From Adineta vaga (lineage: Eukaryota > Animalia > Rotifera): a stretch of DNA of 64,000 bases. The stretch is from positions 3,286,001 to 3,350,000 of the forward strand of contig CP075494.1 of NCBI GenBank assembly GCA_021613535.1. The letters run 5' to 3'. The notes under the pieces were generated by a model. The model saw only the letters and a program-made list of their open reading frames with translations. It did not search any database and was not told the DNA's origin. A program made the translations under genes and the position numbers. Below, piece after piece: positions 12,122 to 27,240 of the stretch (position 1 is its first letter; the number at the start of each line of letters is the position of its first letter).

Positions 12122-14910
12122 TCATTGATTATCATTATTATTGATGGGTATAATTAAATTATGACGATCATTCAACCATTGATATACTTTCCAGCATACA
12201 AACAAAACATACCAAATAATTAATTTTAATGCAATAGTTAATCCACTATATAAACCGAGAAGAGTGGTTAACATATGTAGAATACTATTTTTTTTGCATA
12301 TATGTATATTGACATGTTGTCGATGCACAAGATAAATAATAATTCGAATAATTAGTTGTATTTTGCCAGGTTTCAATAAATAGTTCATCAATTAATGTCC
12401 CGATTAATATTGATGAAATTGGTTTAAAACGTGTATTTACTGATATATTAAGTAGAGATGGAATGTATGAACTATCAACAAAAGTAGACAATTTTCTTAA
12501 ACATGTTGCGTTATAAAAACATTCAAGTGTTGACAATCGAAGGCCATTGTAGAATCATTTGAATACATGATGAATTGTAAAAACATTGAAGTGAAGATCC
12601 AAGAAGCGAATCAACGGTTAAACAACTCGTAACTAAGCCAGGAATTGTTTGATTTGGTCGTGCTTCAGATCTCATACATGAAAGTGTTTGACAATAAAAT
12701 CCTTGAGAACGTGTACAAGAAACATTTTTACCACATGAACAATTATTATCATAATAATTTGTCGGTATAAAACGATAAATTCTATCATTATTTTTTCATG
12801 AAAATATAGCCGAGCATTATAGTTACCCACGATCATAAACTGATTAAGTTGAATTGAAGTGCGAACAAGAGGAAAGACATCGAAGAAAGCATTAATAGTC
12901 TTGAATAATAAACATATTGTTTATAGAAAATCAGAATTATATTTTCAATTTTTAACGATGTATCAGAAGCTCCTTAGCATTATACTCAGAAAATACCACG
13001 GATGGCCCAGAAGTTTCGACTCAATTTTTATAATACATTTTTCTTTAGCAAAACGCGTGGTTGAAAATGTGCTTCTGTAAGAGAAAAATGCAGTATGTGT
13101 TTTCTTCAATACCTGTTGTTGGAATTGTCGAATAAATGTCGATGTTTGTACGTTAAATGTATCTTTTGATACTACATAAGAACTAACAAATTGCATATCA
13201 TTAAATAAAATCATTTGATTTGCAACTGTTTCATTTGACATTTGACATAATGTCTGTAAGATTATGAATAATCTCAAACCTATACTACGAAAATCAAAAG
13301 ACGAAACAACACCACTAATTCCATTAAAATATAGAAACCAAATATCATCTCTGATAAAATCACTTGAACAAACTTGATGTTAATATGGTTGAATAGAAAT
13401 TATTGATGAATATGAGACAGATATATGAGTACATGGACAATTCAATGTTGATGAATGTTGAATAAATAATTGTTCATATGTATTAAATGATGGTTGATAT
13501 ATCGTAATACTTCGAAGTTGAATAGAAATGAATCCATAGAAAACTAATATGATTATTCCATTAAGAAGAAATATGATGTAAAGACGTGTTGAATAAAGTC
13601 CATTGATGTTGTCAGATAACCATGGGAAAAGATTTAACGTTACTAGTTTTATTCTTATCCAACATAGGAAAGATATAAGATAATCTTTTATATCTAATGA
13701 AATAAATCTTAGAATTAAATAGAAGAAAATTTAAAGAAAGAAATTTACTTTTTTTTGAATATTCTTCATTTTCTTTTGTTAGATGATTAATACTTTTAAA
13801 ACAATATGTATACTTTTGAAATCGTCGTATGATTTTGACTATGCATAGAGTAGAAAACGATAGAATAATTTTTAAACCACTCAAGAGACTAATTAATGTT
13901 ACAAATGCATTAAAAATACCAAATCTTTCATCATTTAAATATGTACATGTATGCGGTGAACAGACTTGATAATAAGCAGTGAAATTTCTCTTTTCATTCC
14001 ATGATTCAATAAATAATTCATTCAATAGATTTTTTACAGTTGTATTATGTTCAAAACGAGATGATGAAATTAATGAAAATTGTTTGATAAATTTCTTTAT
14101 TTGATTAATACATGATTGATTATAGAAACATTCAAGTGTTGATTCAAGTAATGAATAATACGGTAAACAACCAGTCATCATACCTGGAATATTAAATAAC
14201 AATCGACTTTTACTAATATCATTTTCCATATTAGAAGTCGTGGTATTGTCGAATGAATAACATTCTAATTCGTAAATTCCAGTATTTACTACACAAACAA
14301 TGTACTTGTTACAATAACAACGAACATTCGAAATGATGTATACTATTGAAAATGATCAATTTGCGCATGAAATGTTTCATAAGATATAACTTGATGAGTA
14401 ATAATTTGTTTAGAATAAAATTCATCTAATGAGTCAGATATGATTTGTTTTATTATTCGACATAATGAAGCAAGAATTTGAAAATGAGATGCTGCTATAA
14501 TACGATAATCTAATATATAATAATTACTCATATTCACATCAGATAAAGACGAAAGAAATGTTTGATTAATAAATTGACTTGTACATACTAGATGATATTC
14601 AAGATGAAATAAAAGAAATTGATGTTTGTGTACATAGACATGATTATATACTTGAATATTGAGAAGAAAGTTGTTTAAAAAGAGTTTCAGATGGAAAAGA
14701 AATTGTTATTGTATTTGTTTGAATATTGAATAAAATAAAATAAATAATAAGAAGAAAACATATGAATGAGAAAAATATAAGAATTCTTGTTGCAAATAAT
14801 TGATCAGTAAGAGACATATTTTCTTTATCATCAAAAGTATTTACCTTAATCATAGAATTGTACAATTTTTGGAATCGAGTCATTCGATTAGAAGTTATTG
14901 TTTTCATCAT
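12122..14910 (-). pseudogene. Paralog of the TM/Cys-rich module family (two modules), multiple frameshifts
   Basis: STLECFYN..C, LFIE(T/S)W, TTLLGLYSGL motifs split across frames. Confidence 0.75.
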
Positions 14911-15390
14911 TTCAAGAGTAGAATAACAAACTGTTTTTTTTTTACTTTTTTTGAAAAGCTAAATATTTAAGCTCTTTAGTGAAGACATCTGGTTGATATA
15001 ATACAATGAAATCTTCAACAGGGCCTGACAATCTATTTTATCAGTTTTTTTCATTGGTAACCAACTGTCGATTCGAACGTAAAGAAAAAAGAAGAAGAGA
15101 ATTCATAGGGAGTCACTTAATTCGAGAAATAGTTTTACTAAATAAGTGAATTAACTACAGATATATAGATACTAAAACCAGAACGAATTTGGTTAGATTT
15201 AGCTTCTTTTCTTCGATGAATTTCATGTGCGAAGATTCACTTTTTCCACCTCGGATTTTTGTCATCTACATAATATTTAATATCATTTTTGTATAATTAG
15301 TTTATATCTAGAAAATACTTAAAATGAGAAATACATCAACAATCTGTCATATTTCATGATAAAATAAAATAAATAATGTTTGTCAACGCA

Positions 15391-15410
15391 CTTGCGGGTA
15401 GAGCAGGTTA
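15391..15410. repeat. Half palindrome (left arm only)
   Basis: CTTGCGGGTAGAGCAGGT. Confidence 0.3.
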
Positions 15411-15574
15411 AATATGAAAATATTGTTGTAATGATAATTATGTTTTTATTCGAGAATAGCGTTATTTTTTAGAATGAATTTTGAAAAGAAAGGAAGAAAA
15501 GAATAAACGATGCACTGTTAGATTTGATGGGTTTCTATTGAACGAAGTGCCAAATGAGCAAAAAGAACAGATTT

Positions 15575-18156
15575 TTATAATTGTTTTCGAATTTCTTCAA
15601 GTAAAGCATCGAGTCTCTTGATATCATTGCCAAAAAAGTCGACGAGGTGTCGACGAGCTTTGTGCATGACACCCTGCCACATCGATGAAAATGTAGCAAA
15701 ACGTGTTTCTAATACAGCAATAACAATAGCTGAAATAATTATTTAATTATTCGCTAGGTGCTGGAATTTACTCAACGAGCATCCAGTTAATCGTTTAATG
15801 GTATTCGAATCCAAATCCCAACTACCATCAAATTTTTGCTTGGTAATCAAGTGACGAACAATGTCCTGATTATTCGTAGGCCATATTTCTCCCGATTGTT
15901 GAATGTTCACATTATTATGAAGCATTCCGTCTAAAAAATCAAAGGTACTTCGTGTATTTCTAGAAGGCTGAAAAAGAATATACAAAATATAGATCTTGAA
16001 TTTTAGATAAACATCTAACCTGTATTTGCGAATTATCATTCAAGATGTTCCTCATAAAAGACGATGCGAATGCGCTCGCCTCACTGTAAGGTGTTGAGTA
16101 ATAAGAAGGATTCAAGTGAAGAGATGGGCGATCAAGGATCCCATCACTATTGATACCACGCGCTGTCATTCTTTCGAGCATCTCCAAAATTTCCGAATAA
16201 CTCCTTGTAGAATGTACCTTTGAATGTTGATCGTCGACCGATATTTGGATTGGTACTTCGCACAAGATCATATCAGTATTATTTGAATTCACTCGTTTCT
16301 TAACACCGACAAAAGCCGTATGCGGACTAAGAATATTATAATGGATCGATAATTCAATAATACGCTTCTTTGTGATCTCCTTCGTCATTTGATCTTCGTT
16401 ATAAATTGATCTAGTTATGGTTGTTGTTCTGAAAATCGGGTTTGTAATGAACCTACACTATTTTTTGATATAGACGATATGGTAGTTTAGTGTGTTGTAG
16501 TTCGAGAATAAGCGTCTTAGCAGCCAATCGAGCGATCGTTTCGCCACTAACTGCATTAGGCATTCCTATTAGTTTTGTTGTACTCAGTTGATAGTGTCCT
16601 GTCGTTAGTTCAACGCTTGAATTAGGATCAAATCGAGCGAATTCATCATCTAACAGAGCATAAACAATCAGACGCTCTCGAGCATAAATAGGTGGTATCT
16701 TTGTTGGAACGCTAGTTGTCACTATTCTATCTAGATGCCACTTGACTTGAATGTTGGTAATACATGGCTGTAGCGCTTTCTGTAGTTGTTGACCAACATA
16801 CACATCGACCGTTTGTTGTCCAAGCTAATCCTTTGACAAGTGAACGGCTAGGAGATGGGTCTAATCCAAATGAAAAGATGCGAGTTGAACTGACTATTGT
16901 CCGACAAACATCAAGTACTTCTTCAACATTAGAAATTTCACCGTCTGTGAGAAGAAATACTTGACGAGCACGACCTTCACTTGGTAGTTCATTTTAAAGC
17001 CATTGGAGCGGTTCCAGCTAGTGGGGAAAAAAAGATGAACACACATTCATAGAAGCAAGTGACAATCAAAAATATACACCTACTAGTTCGGTACCATCTA
17101 AATCAGCATTCATATTCTTAATAAATCCTTCAGTTTTTCGACATTCTCTTCATTATAAACAGCCGTAATGTGTCTGAAGAGAGTCTTATATAGAGGTCCA
17201 AAACGAATGATATTGAAGTAACAATTAAGAGGTAAACTTTTGAGAAAAAGTAACATTGCTTGTCGAGCTAAACCTATTTTGTTATCACCATGCATTGAAA
17301 CACTACAGTCAACGACAAAAATAAACTCATTGCTGAGTTGAGTATAGTTCCTAACACGTTGACAATCGTCTTCACTGGATGTAAACGATACCATCATTGC
17401 ACCTGGTTCAACAGTAACAATTGCATTTGATCGTCGTGTAGTCAAGTGCACATCCAAAATAATATCACGATCCAACTGAGTCTTTCGTTGAGTAAATGTA
17501 ATCATGTAAAAATCCTGTTGATTTGAGTCTATCTGAATGGAATGTGATGAAGAATTGACATGAGTAACTCCAATTTTATCAACTTGACAATGAAAATCAA
17601 TCTTATACAAGCTCGATTGAACGTAAGTAGAACTAGTGCCAGCTGGTGAACTGAGACCACCTTGAATAGGACTGTAACGAGGAGCAATAGATGTCGGAAC
17701 GACAAATCGAATTTTAGTACCGTTTTCAACAAGATTCAACTCGAAACATACGAAATGATGATTTCACACTGTCTACCTGGTGGAATAGCACCGACATTAA
17801 CTATAAAGTTATCTGGTGATTTTTCATCTTGTTCGAAGAGACAAGCTCCATGACCTGCTTGCAGAGCATCACTGTATTCTTTTTTGTGCTCTCTTTTTCT
17901 TCTTCAATTTAGCTGTGATTTCTCGATCGTCAACGCGTGCCACAAAACCATATATAGCTGCTTGCTCTTCGATTGGAAAACAGTAGACAGCTTCAACTGA
18001 TGTTGGTTCATTATTACGAAATATTTGAGTACTACAGACATCAACAACAAATGATCGAATAGTAGCTGCTACATTCACTCGCTTGAGTGGAACATACTCT
18101 TGTGGGTTTTGTTTGATTCGAAGCATATCAATGTGAGTGTTGTGATAGATAACCAA
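15575..18156 (-). pseudogene. VWA5A-like VIT + von Willebrand A protein, frameshifted
   Basis: VIT motif VPLKRVNV...EAVYCFPIEEQAAIYGF; vWA EFIFVVDCSVSM...FNIIRFG; VFLLTDGEI; LSPHTAFVG; KQKFDGSW; several frame breaks. Confidence 0.8.
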
Positions 18157-18321
18157 TGTTTATACGTATATATTTTTCTTTTTCTTGCCTATATGACATC
18201 ACATCCTTTTTAATGATATGAATCACTACTGGTAATATTCGATCGAAAGGTAGAATTATATTTAAAAAAAAACAAGCTCAGCACAGCACAATTGTGAGTC
18301 ACTATACTGAGGAAAGAGACC

Positions 18322-18388
18322 AGGGTGAGGATATGATAGTGTCAGAACAGAGAAGAGATACGTACAATCACATTCACACTCACAAGAT
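18322..18388. repeat. Telomere-like palindrome copy
   Basis: AGGGTGAGGATATG...TCACATTCACACTCACAAGAT. Confidence 0.65.
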
Positions 18389-18491
18389 CCAATGTAAATA
18401 AATATGTATTTGAAATAAACTATAGACTGATCAAATCAAATCTTATAAAAAAATCTTTTACATTTAACTAGATATCTAAATAAAAAGAATT

Positions 18492-20830
18492 TCAATGAAC
18501 AGGTTTCAGCACGTGAAGACCTAAAGATCACAAATACTATCATCTTATATCGTTCCAAAAAAGAATCAAACTTACCAAAAGCTTGAATAGGTATAGGTGG
18601 ATTGTTTCTTGTAAGATTATGATCAACACTATTCCCTGGTTCGTTCAACAAGTTGTATTCTACTTGATATACTGAAAGAAAAATACGATAATCTATGAAA
18701 TATTCAGAGATTCATTTACCAATGTTGACATCCTCAGACATCACTTTTCGTGTATATATTGCAAAAAGTTGCGTTGTTCGAGCTGGAATTATATCAATTG
18801 TATGAAAAGTTTTTCTCGAAGGCAAAACATTGATTGATCCATGAAAATCACTAGTAAAACGAATTGCTCGATTAGATCGATTTTCACAAATAAATCCAAA
18901 ACATCTAAATAGAATTCAAACCATATTAAACAACAACAAACATATTTCTATCTTAACCCATTATCACTAAATGTTAAAATCGATACACCGTCTTCGAACA
19001 CTTTTCGATTATTAGCTACAAGAGCAACTGCATGAAATGCAATTGCAACTAATTCATAAGAAGATGGTTTTTCATTGAGAACAAATCGTTGATCAGCATG
19101 TACGACCAAATTAAATCTTGAATATATCAAATAATTAACTACTGACATTGAACCAGCGAATATGATATATTCACCGGGTGTTACTGTTAGTGATAATGTT
19201 ACGTAATAGTCAAGACTATGTTTATATCCTTTACAAATACCATTTGAATCAAGTACAATCAAGAAGAGATCAATATTAGAATCATTTGAACGATGATAAT
19301 ACTTTGCAGCACTAGGATTAAACAATTCAATATTAAATTCAGTTTCGTATGAACAATAAAGACTATAAGCTGATGTTATTTTCGAAGAAAAATCACTAAA
19401 TTGACCTCTTTTCCGAATTTTATATTCATTTGTATTGATTTTACAAATAGTAATTTCACTAAAGAATAAACACATTGCTTCCCAAGCTATTTACAAGAGA
19501 GAGAGAAAATCTTTTCAAGATTTTATTTACAAAAACAAATACATACGCATCCAGAACATGCCATCATTGTGTGATGATCTAATATGTTTTTCTTTTGTAC
19601 CCCATGGATTACGTAAACGAACAAATCTTCGAGAAGCAACTTGTCGTACATCAAAAATACTATACGCATGGTCTGATTCTAGACCTAGACTATAGAGCTA
19701 AATTCAAGTTATACAGTTTGTCACAATATATAATTACCTATTTGATTTTTTGAACATAAACATGTCATAAGATATCCTACGTTTATTATCATTTATTTGA
19801 AATAATCAAATTTTTTTAAGATTATATTACCTTTCGCTCGTGATTGGATTATTTTCGTCCATATATTATTAAGATTTGGTTTCTTTTTCGGATTAATAGA
19901 ATGTAATAAAAATACCTGAAAAGAATATCATATTAATTCGAAATAGTACGAAATGTTCGATATCATTTACTTCACAAGGTTCACCTGTTAAGATTTGTAA
20001 ACCTTCCACACATCTTCCTGTACAGAATGAAAACATTTTCTTATTACAAAATTGATCGTTCATATTTACCAGATTCAAGTGCTTTATAACTTCCATACAT
20101 TTTCGCTAATGCTTTCTCAATTAATGATGCAAACAATTGTTTTTTCTTACTTCGTGTGAACACAAGTGAATTGAATTCTGTTACAGGCAACAAATCATCA
20201 ATCGTAACAATTTGCCAAATTCCTCGATTACATAAACGAATTTTGTAAAGTCCTAAAAAAATGGATTTAGATTTGAGTTCTTCTCAAATCAATATACTTA
20301 CCAGCTGGATTGTATTGTTTTGTAATCATAACTTTATATAATATTTTTGGTATGTCAGCAATCAATGATAATGCAGAAATCAACCAACAATCACCAAGAC
20401 GACCTTGAATAATATCTTTTGAATGTGGTTGATTGAATACAGATAATGGATATTGCTGACTTTCCTTAGACCATCGAATTTGTTCAGGACGTAACCTAGA
20501 AGGTTAAATATCTCATAAAAAATTGTTTAGAACGACAGTAATTTACCATTGTGTTACATTTGTTTCATAGTCAAAATCATCGTATGACAATTTTTCTTTG
20601 TCCTGTGTAATGTTTGAAAGTATAGATGAAAATTCTGGATCAGAATATTTTCTATCAATTATAGAAATATTGTTAACATTTGAATATGAAGAGAGATTGC
20701 CTATAGTTTAATATAATAAAATCAAATATCAATTTTGACTAATTATCTTACGAAGAAATAAAATGCGATCAATATGTAATGATGATGGTATACCAGTAGT
20801 GATTTCATGTGTTTTCGTCAGACGCTGCAT
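18492..20830 (-). CDS. Calpain (calpain-15/SOL-like) cysteine protease, multi-exon
   Basis: Minus strand IQGRLGDCW (catalytic Cys), DHAYS (His), RLRNPWG (Asn), LIEKALAK; C-terminal GLHVLKPVH; intactness not verified. Confidence 0.8.
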
Positions 20831-21092
20831 GTGTATATATCGACTAGTTAATTTTGAAGATGATCGTGCTTTTATATTTTACCACTATAGCCACGAAAAC
20901 ACAACATGAACAGAAAAACGTGTACAGGTATAAGAAATAACAATATAATTATAAAGATGGATAAAATACCTGTGCACATATTCATTTGCACTAACACTAT
21001 TGTTCTTTTTGTCCATATTATTATTCATACAGACATAAATTTTGCTTTGCTTTGCCTTTTGTATTACGAAATTAAGAAAAAGAAGGATTATA

Positions 21093-21157
21093 GATGAGAG
21101 TCACAATAATTGCACTCTATATCATTCCTACGTCCAACACTCTCACACTTTTAAGAT
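21093..21157. repeat. Degenerate palindrome copy
   Basis: Right arm CCAACACTCTCACACTTTTAAGAT. Confidence 0.4.
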
Positions 21158-22251
21158 CGATCCTTTGCTTGTATTCAATTTCTTTAACGAATTGAATTCT
21201 TCTCCGTTCATATGTTCTATTGATTCAATCATTGAATCTAACATATTATCATTAAGAAACTCTTGAACATCTTGATTAGATCATGATTTCACCGGTATAT
21301 TCTTAAATGCATTTAAAATCACACTCGACTATTTACTCTTTTATTTTGGTGAATTCTGCAGTTTCTGGACGAATTAGATGATTTCGTTGAATTTCATCAA
21401 TTCAATTATTCGTATCATCTAAAGAAGTTTTTCGATGAATGTTAAATTAATTATGACTATCGATGATCGTATACTAACGACATCTCGTTTCGTACTTTTT
21501 AATAAGATAGTTAATTATTTTCAAAGAATTTTGTTAAGTCTTTTGATTTGTTGATATAAAACACGTATGACGAAGTTTTTTTTATAATCATACCAAGATA
21601 ACATTCACTATTTATTTATAAACGATTTCAAGTAAGAAATAGAGTATCACATGGTATTACGATTGAATATTTGTACTAATCTAGTAGAATCAGTATCTTT
21701 ATTCAGAATAATTTGTAGACAGGATTACATAAAATTGTATGTGAAGTGTTCAAAGTCAATGAGAATAGCGAATATTAGACTGTATTTTTGAGGATTTTCT
21801 TTTGCAAATAAAGACGTAACAGCCAAATGTGTATTATCGTGTCGTTTTAAAAGAACTGGTAAATATGCGATTAGTTTATATGAATAATTAGGATCTGTTA
21901 ATGCTTGACCAATAAAAATGTTAAAGAACTAGTTTAAAATTGATATTTCATTGTTATGATTAACTCCATCTACGTCTTTATACATTTTGTATTTCCTTTA
22001 TTTTGTTGGAAAATACTGATGAGAATATGAATCGTAACTTTAGATGTTCTTTATAAAAATGGATTGGTAATCTACAGCTATGAGTCATTCGGGAAATTTC
22101 GAAAAGATTGAAAATGTAATGGAGGAAACATCTTTTGTTGTGTATCATTGCTAAGAATCTTGTACATTACACTTTTAATATTCAGTGATTTGTTTTCTTA
22201 GATTATTTTTCACATCGATTTGACGTGTATGATTTATAACTCGATATTTGG

Positions 22252-23745
22252 ATGTCACAGTTCATTGCAAACAAACAGATTGGCCTTTTCGGAGGTCTTC
22301 AAGCCAAAAATTTGAATGATATCAATCCAAAATTCATATGTAGCATATGTAAATTACTACTATTATATCCATATCAAATTTTATGCTGTGGTACTGTATT
22401 ATGTAAGTGGTGTATGAAGAAAGCTTTATCTAATAGGTAAAAATTCTATTTCATAATAAATGTTTCTAAGATTAATATTGTCTATTTAGCGAACCATTCC
22501 TGTGTCAATTCTGTGGAACTAAACAAGCAAAAAAACAAGTTTATAGAAAATGATTTACTTGTAAGTTAATTATATTCGATTTGTAGGCATTGCCAGATCG
22601 TGGTATTGAACGAGAATTGAAGATAATTATCATCGTATGTTATTCATGTTCTTGGAATGGAACTTATCAAAATTATTTAGTAATTTATTTGTCATAGTAT
22701 GAAAATTTGTATGAAGAGTTTTCTTTTAGGAACATTGTCAAAAGGAACATGCTGACTTTGAATGTCTGGACTGTCATGAACGATTTATAACTCGAAATTC
22801 TTTGGAGGAACATCGACAAGAATTCTGTGTGCATCGTTGTCTAACATGTGAATTACCGAATTGTCGAGAATCAGTAAGAATTTATTGAATTTTCTAAATA
22901 ATAACTACAGATCCATGTTTTAGGTTAAATGGGATAACATGAAATCTCATTATCTCAGTGGTAAACATCAGCAATTATTACTTATGTTTACTTATGAATG
23001 TATTAATCAACAATCAAAAACTGAAAATACTTCTGAAGTGATGCAGAAAGAATTTCACGAAATTCACCGATCTATCGATACTATTTTATCAGTTTTGGAT
23101 GTTTTATATTCTGATCAAAACCGTTTGAAATCCGAGTTGGATGAAGTACGAATTGCTATCGAGGCACAGATTGTAAAAATTAACGAAGTAAAACAAAAAG
23201 ATAATGATACTAATGAGCGTATTAAAAAATTAGCGACGAGTCAAACTAATTCAGAAATTGAATTGGACAACATCAAACAAACGTTCAGAAATAAACAAAT
23301 ACTTGTGATAGACAGTGATTTAACTATGATACTGCGTTTTGATTATTCAGGTGTAGTACCCTTCTCAATAAATTCGATGAAGTTTAAAACTTCAGAGTAT
23401 GGTTATGTTTTTACGATTCGTGTATGTTCAACAAAACAATCCGATGGAGAATATCTCTCGATTTTTCTTACACTTCACAGTGGAGAGTTCGATAATTTGA
23501 TTCCATTTCCATTCTCATATAATATTCATCTTAGTCTTTTGGATCAATCAAATCAAAATCAACATATTGAACACATCTTAAAACCAGATTTAAAATCATC
23601 TGCAGTCAATCGACCGACTGATGAACACAATGATGAGTATGGTATCGTTAAATTTTGTCCAATCTATTATCTTACAGATCCGAAAAATGCTTATGTTAAA
23701 GATGGTCAACTTTTCCTTCGAATAGTTTTCGATTTGTTTGAATAA
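22252..23745 (+). CDS. TRAF-like protein (RING, zinc fingers, coiled coil, MATH)
   Basis: CSICKLLL..PYQILCCG..LCKWC RING; MATH motifs YLSIFLTLHSGEFDNLIPFPF, LLDQS, YVKDGQLF. Confidence 0.85.
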
Positions 23746-23800
23746 TGTAGATATATCGTTATCTTGAGGTTTCTTTTGTTATAATAAATGTTCTAACTAA

Positions 23801-23850
23801 CTTGAAAAGGATTTGACTGTAAAACATACGCAATTCTCACCCTCAAGATG
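23801..23850. repeat. Palindrome copy (right arm intact)
   Basis: CTTGAAAAGGA...CTCACCCTCAAGATG, about 55 bp after the TRAF stop. Confidence 0.65.
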
Positions 23851-24458
23851 AAATTTTATTGTATTGGAAACAAAATCATTGCAAGGTACAGTAGTTGTCG
23901 TACAATTAAGGACGGAGTAATATTTCGTGTGGTTTAATTGTTTTACTCATTTTCAGTCTGACGTCACCTGTAGGTGAAAACAGAGTAGTTGCAAAAATAA
24001 CCTGTATTAAAATCTATTTATTTAATTAAAATGTGTCTCTAATCTTTTTTTCTTTGCTAACAAGCTTTGAAATCGTATGTCTTTTGTCGATAAAAGTGCC
24101 TCTTTTCTAGTCTTATCTGAAGATGTGGCAGATCATTTAATGATTCTATTCGGTGTTATCACTGTAACTGTATATGCCATTAGCCATATGCTTTTTGTTC
24201 AACTTCACGTGTGTCGATTATTCACTGTCCTAATATCATGCTAAATATTTTCTCTCAAAATAAATATAGGCGTTACTATCACAATATCATTCTTAGCATG
24301 TAACGAAGCGAGTCGTTTTTCCTTTCCTTGCAGGCCTTATATGTAATTACAATGATAAAAAATACGCATCATATCGTCAATCGATCGCAATCTTTCATAT
24401 ATAGGTGACATAGTTATAGCACGTGTTTTTAAACATTTCTATATTTACAAAAAAAAAT

Positions 24459-26297
24459 ATGGAGTATACTCAAGTGATTATTGTTGGCGGAGGTGTTGCT
24501 GGTCTTGCTGCAGCAAAAACACTAGGAACTTCAATCAAATATGTTCTAATTGAAGCACAAGATTATTTAGGTGGTCGAGTTCTCACCGTCGATGCAGGTA
24601 CAATTGAAAGAAAACTAGAATAATAATAATAATAATAATCTTTATTACTTCATATAGCACCTAATTTGGCAGTTGACATGGTAGAGCGCGATATTTTAAC
24701 GTTTTATATATAGGTAAACGTTTTTAGGGTGCACAATATGTACTTGGAGATAAATCATCACTTTACAAAATCTGTGATGAATTAGACATGCTTCTCGATG
24801 ATGACGATGCTGATGATGATGGTAGGTGATATATTACAAGATCATGCTCAGACTAATACTTCTTATGTTTTCGTAACTAGAAGCTGTAGTTGCAACTACC
24901 GATGGAAAAATAATTAGTTCTGATTTGATAGATAAAGCGACTGATTTCTGGGAACGATCAATCGACGATGCAGAAGATAAATCTAATGATCATGCAACAG
25001 GACTCGCTATTTCTTTTGCAGATTTTGTTCCGAAAGTATTTCAAAAACGATTATTATCATCTTCATTGTTTTCTCGAGATTTAATCGAACCAATCACGGA
25101 TTATTTCATGAAATCAGAAATGACTGATGCTAGTTGTACTTCGTTATCCGATTTGAACTTAATCGGTTAGTACATTTTATTACACATTCATGTTGATTTC
25201 TACTATTCTCTATAGAATACAGTAATTACGGAGACCCACCAGGTGAATATGAAAATGATTTAAAACATACTGGTTATCGTCCATTTATTAATTATCTCAA
25301 ATCATTTATACCAAATGATCAACGAATTCGTTTGAATTGTGAAGTTGTTCGTGTTAAATTTCTTTCCATCGAGCGTAAATTATCTGTTGAAATCAACGAT
25401 TTAAAGACTCAACAAAGAAAAAATATGATTTGTGATCATATCATTTGGACGACTTCATTGGGTTACTTAAAAGAACATTTTCATCGAATCTTTGCAGAAG
25501 AAGGAGATTTACTTCGACAGAAACAAAATGCAATCACTAATATTGGTTTTGGAACATTGAATAAGGTAAATTTGAGCTTTCATCACTCATTTTAGAACAT
25601 ATTTTTTATGTTTTAGGTAATACTTGTTTACAAGAAAAAATTTTGGCGACAAAGTGCAAATAGTATTATATTGTTGCATACTCGAAAGAATCAACTTTTT
25701 GAAATGTCCGATAAATTAGGACAATTGTTATCTGGTATACAAGTCGATCCGAATATTGCTCAAGAAATTGCTCATGGATTGTCCTATTGTGATGTTTTAC
25801 CATCGACAAATATTCCAGTTTTGGTTTGTTGGTTTGGTGGTCCAGCAGCAATAATGATTGAAAATATCAATGAACAAGCTATTGGTCAAATTTGCCATGA
25901 AATTATTTGTAGTTATTTAAAAATCGATCAGGAGAGATATCAACCAATTCGAACACTCAAGTAAAATCAGAATATATTGATTTATATCATTGATTTTTAT
26001 TTGTAGAAGTGGATGGCATAATAATAAATATACTCGAGGATCTTATTCATATCATTCTATTCGTTCGAACAAACAAGATGGAAAACAATTACGAACTCCA
26101 TATGCACCAGATGGAGTAAGATATTGATTAATCTATATAATTAACAAGATGACATCTCCGGAGTTTCTCTTTTTTTTTAGATTCAAAGAATTCTATTTGC
26201 TGGCGAGGCAACACATGAACAATATTATGCATCGGTTAATGCGGCATTTGAAACTGGTATTCAAGCAGCAAAACAAGTCTTATCAATTATCAATTAA
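24459..26297 (+). CDS. Flavin-containing amine oxidase (spermine/polyamine oxidase-like), about 8 exons
   Basis: VIIVGGGVAGLAAA...EAQDYLGGRV; TTSLGYLK; GFGTLNK; TRGSYSY; ILFAGEATH. Confidence 0.9.
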
Positions 26298-26401
26298 ATA
26301 TATATAAAACTTATATTTCCTATTAATCTCGAACAGTTTTTATTCAATCTTAAAAATAGCTTTTGACTTTAGTCAAAGGAAAAAATAAAAATATACGTAT
26401 T

Positions 26402-26452
26402 CATTTGAGGGTGAGAGTCGGTGAAGGGAGTAACGACACTCACCCTTAACAT
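26402..26452. repeat. Telomere-like palindrome copy
   Basis: TTTGAGGGTGAGAGTCG...CGACACTCACCCTTAA. Confidence 0.85.
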
Positions 26453-26919
26453 CATGGAACCATACGCCATTAATATTTATATGTAACCACATCCTATGTA
26501 TATCTAAACTGTATATGAAGTTTGAAAAGCGTTTCTTTTTAAGAAAACGAATAGAATTATTTTTTAGCTAGCAAAGTTTAATTTTCTTTGAAAAACAAAA
26601 ACATTCGTTAAGTACCTCGCAGATTTTGAATAGTTTCGATGGCTTGAATAGTTTGAACTAAGTTAAAATCAGTCGATGACAAGAAGTTTTTCTGCATTGT
26701 TAACGCCGATTTATAGTGATTTATTGCTCTGGAAAATTGATCTTCCCCTACTGATTAGAAGAGATATTCTAATGCTTGTTGAAAAGTACTCAACGTCATT
26801 TGAGAATCTTTTTCATCAAAATGAACCTCTAATGATAAAAAGAAAACAAAATACCGAATAGAACATACTCTATTGATACGTTTCGATAACTACTGTTATC
26901 TTCGTCAGTCAAAAAAAAT

Positions 26920-26992
26920 CATCTTGAGGGTGGGTTTAAATAGGAGCGTGGAGTGAACATACTGTATATATGCACACCCACACCCTTTTTCA
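26920..26992. repeat. Telomere-like palindrome copy
   Basis: CATCTTGAGGGTGGGT...CACACCCACACCCTTTTTCAA. Confidence 0.85.
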
Positions 26993-27240
26993 ATTCTTTT
27001 ATTTGGATATTGCCAATATCTTTTACATTCTTTCTAGTTATAAAATAAATTGAGGTACCTATATAAATCAGGAGATATAATCTGATACTTGTACCTTTGA
27101 TACCACATACCTTTTCTCTAGATAGAATCAATAAAAAAAACAAAGATTAGTATATGCACTTTTCTATTAATCTTTTGTTAATGAAAGATAATATTGAATA
27201 TTCACTTGAAAGAAAAAAAAGTATTGAATTGTGTTTAACG

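Noticed and set aside
21160-21720. Possible SAM/TIR protein relic on the minus strand (SNQDVQEFL...MNGEE)
   Set aside because: Too degraded to support a call by eye.
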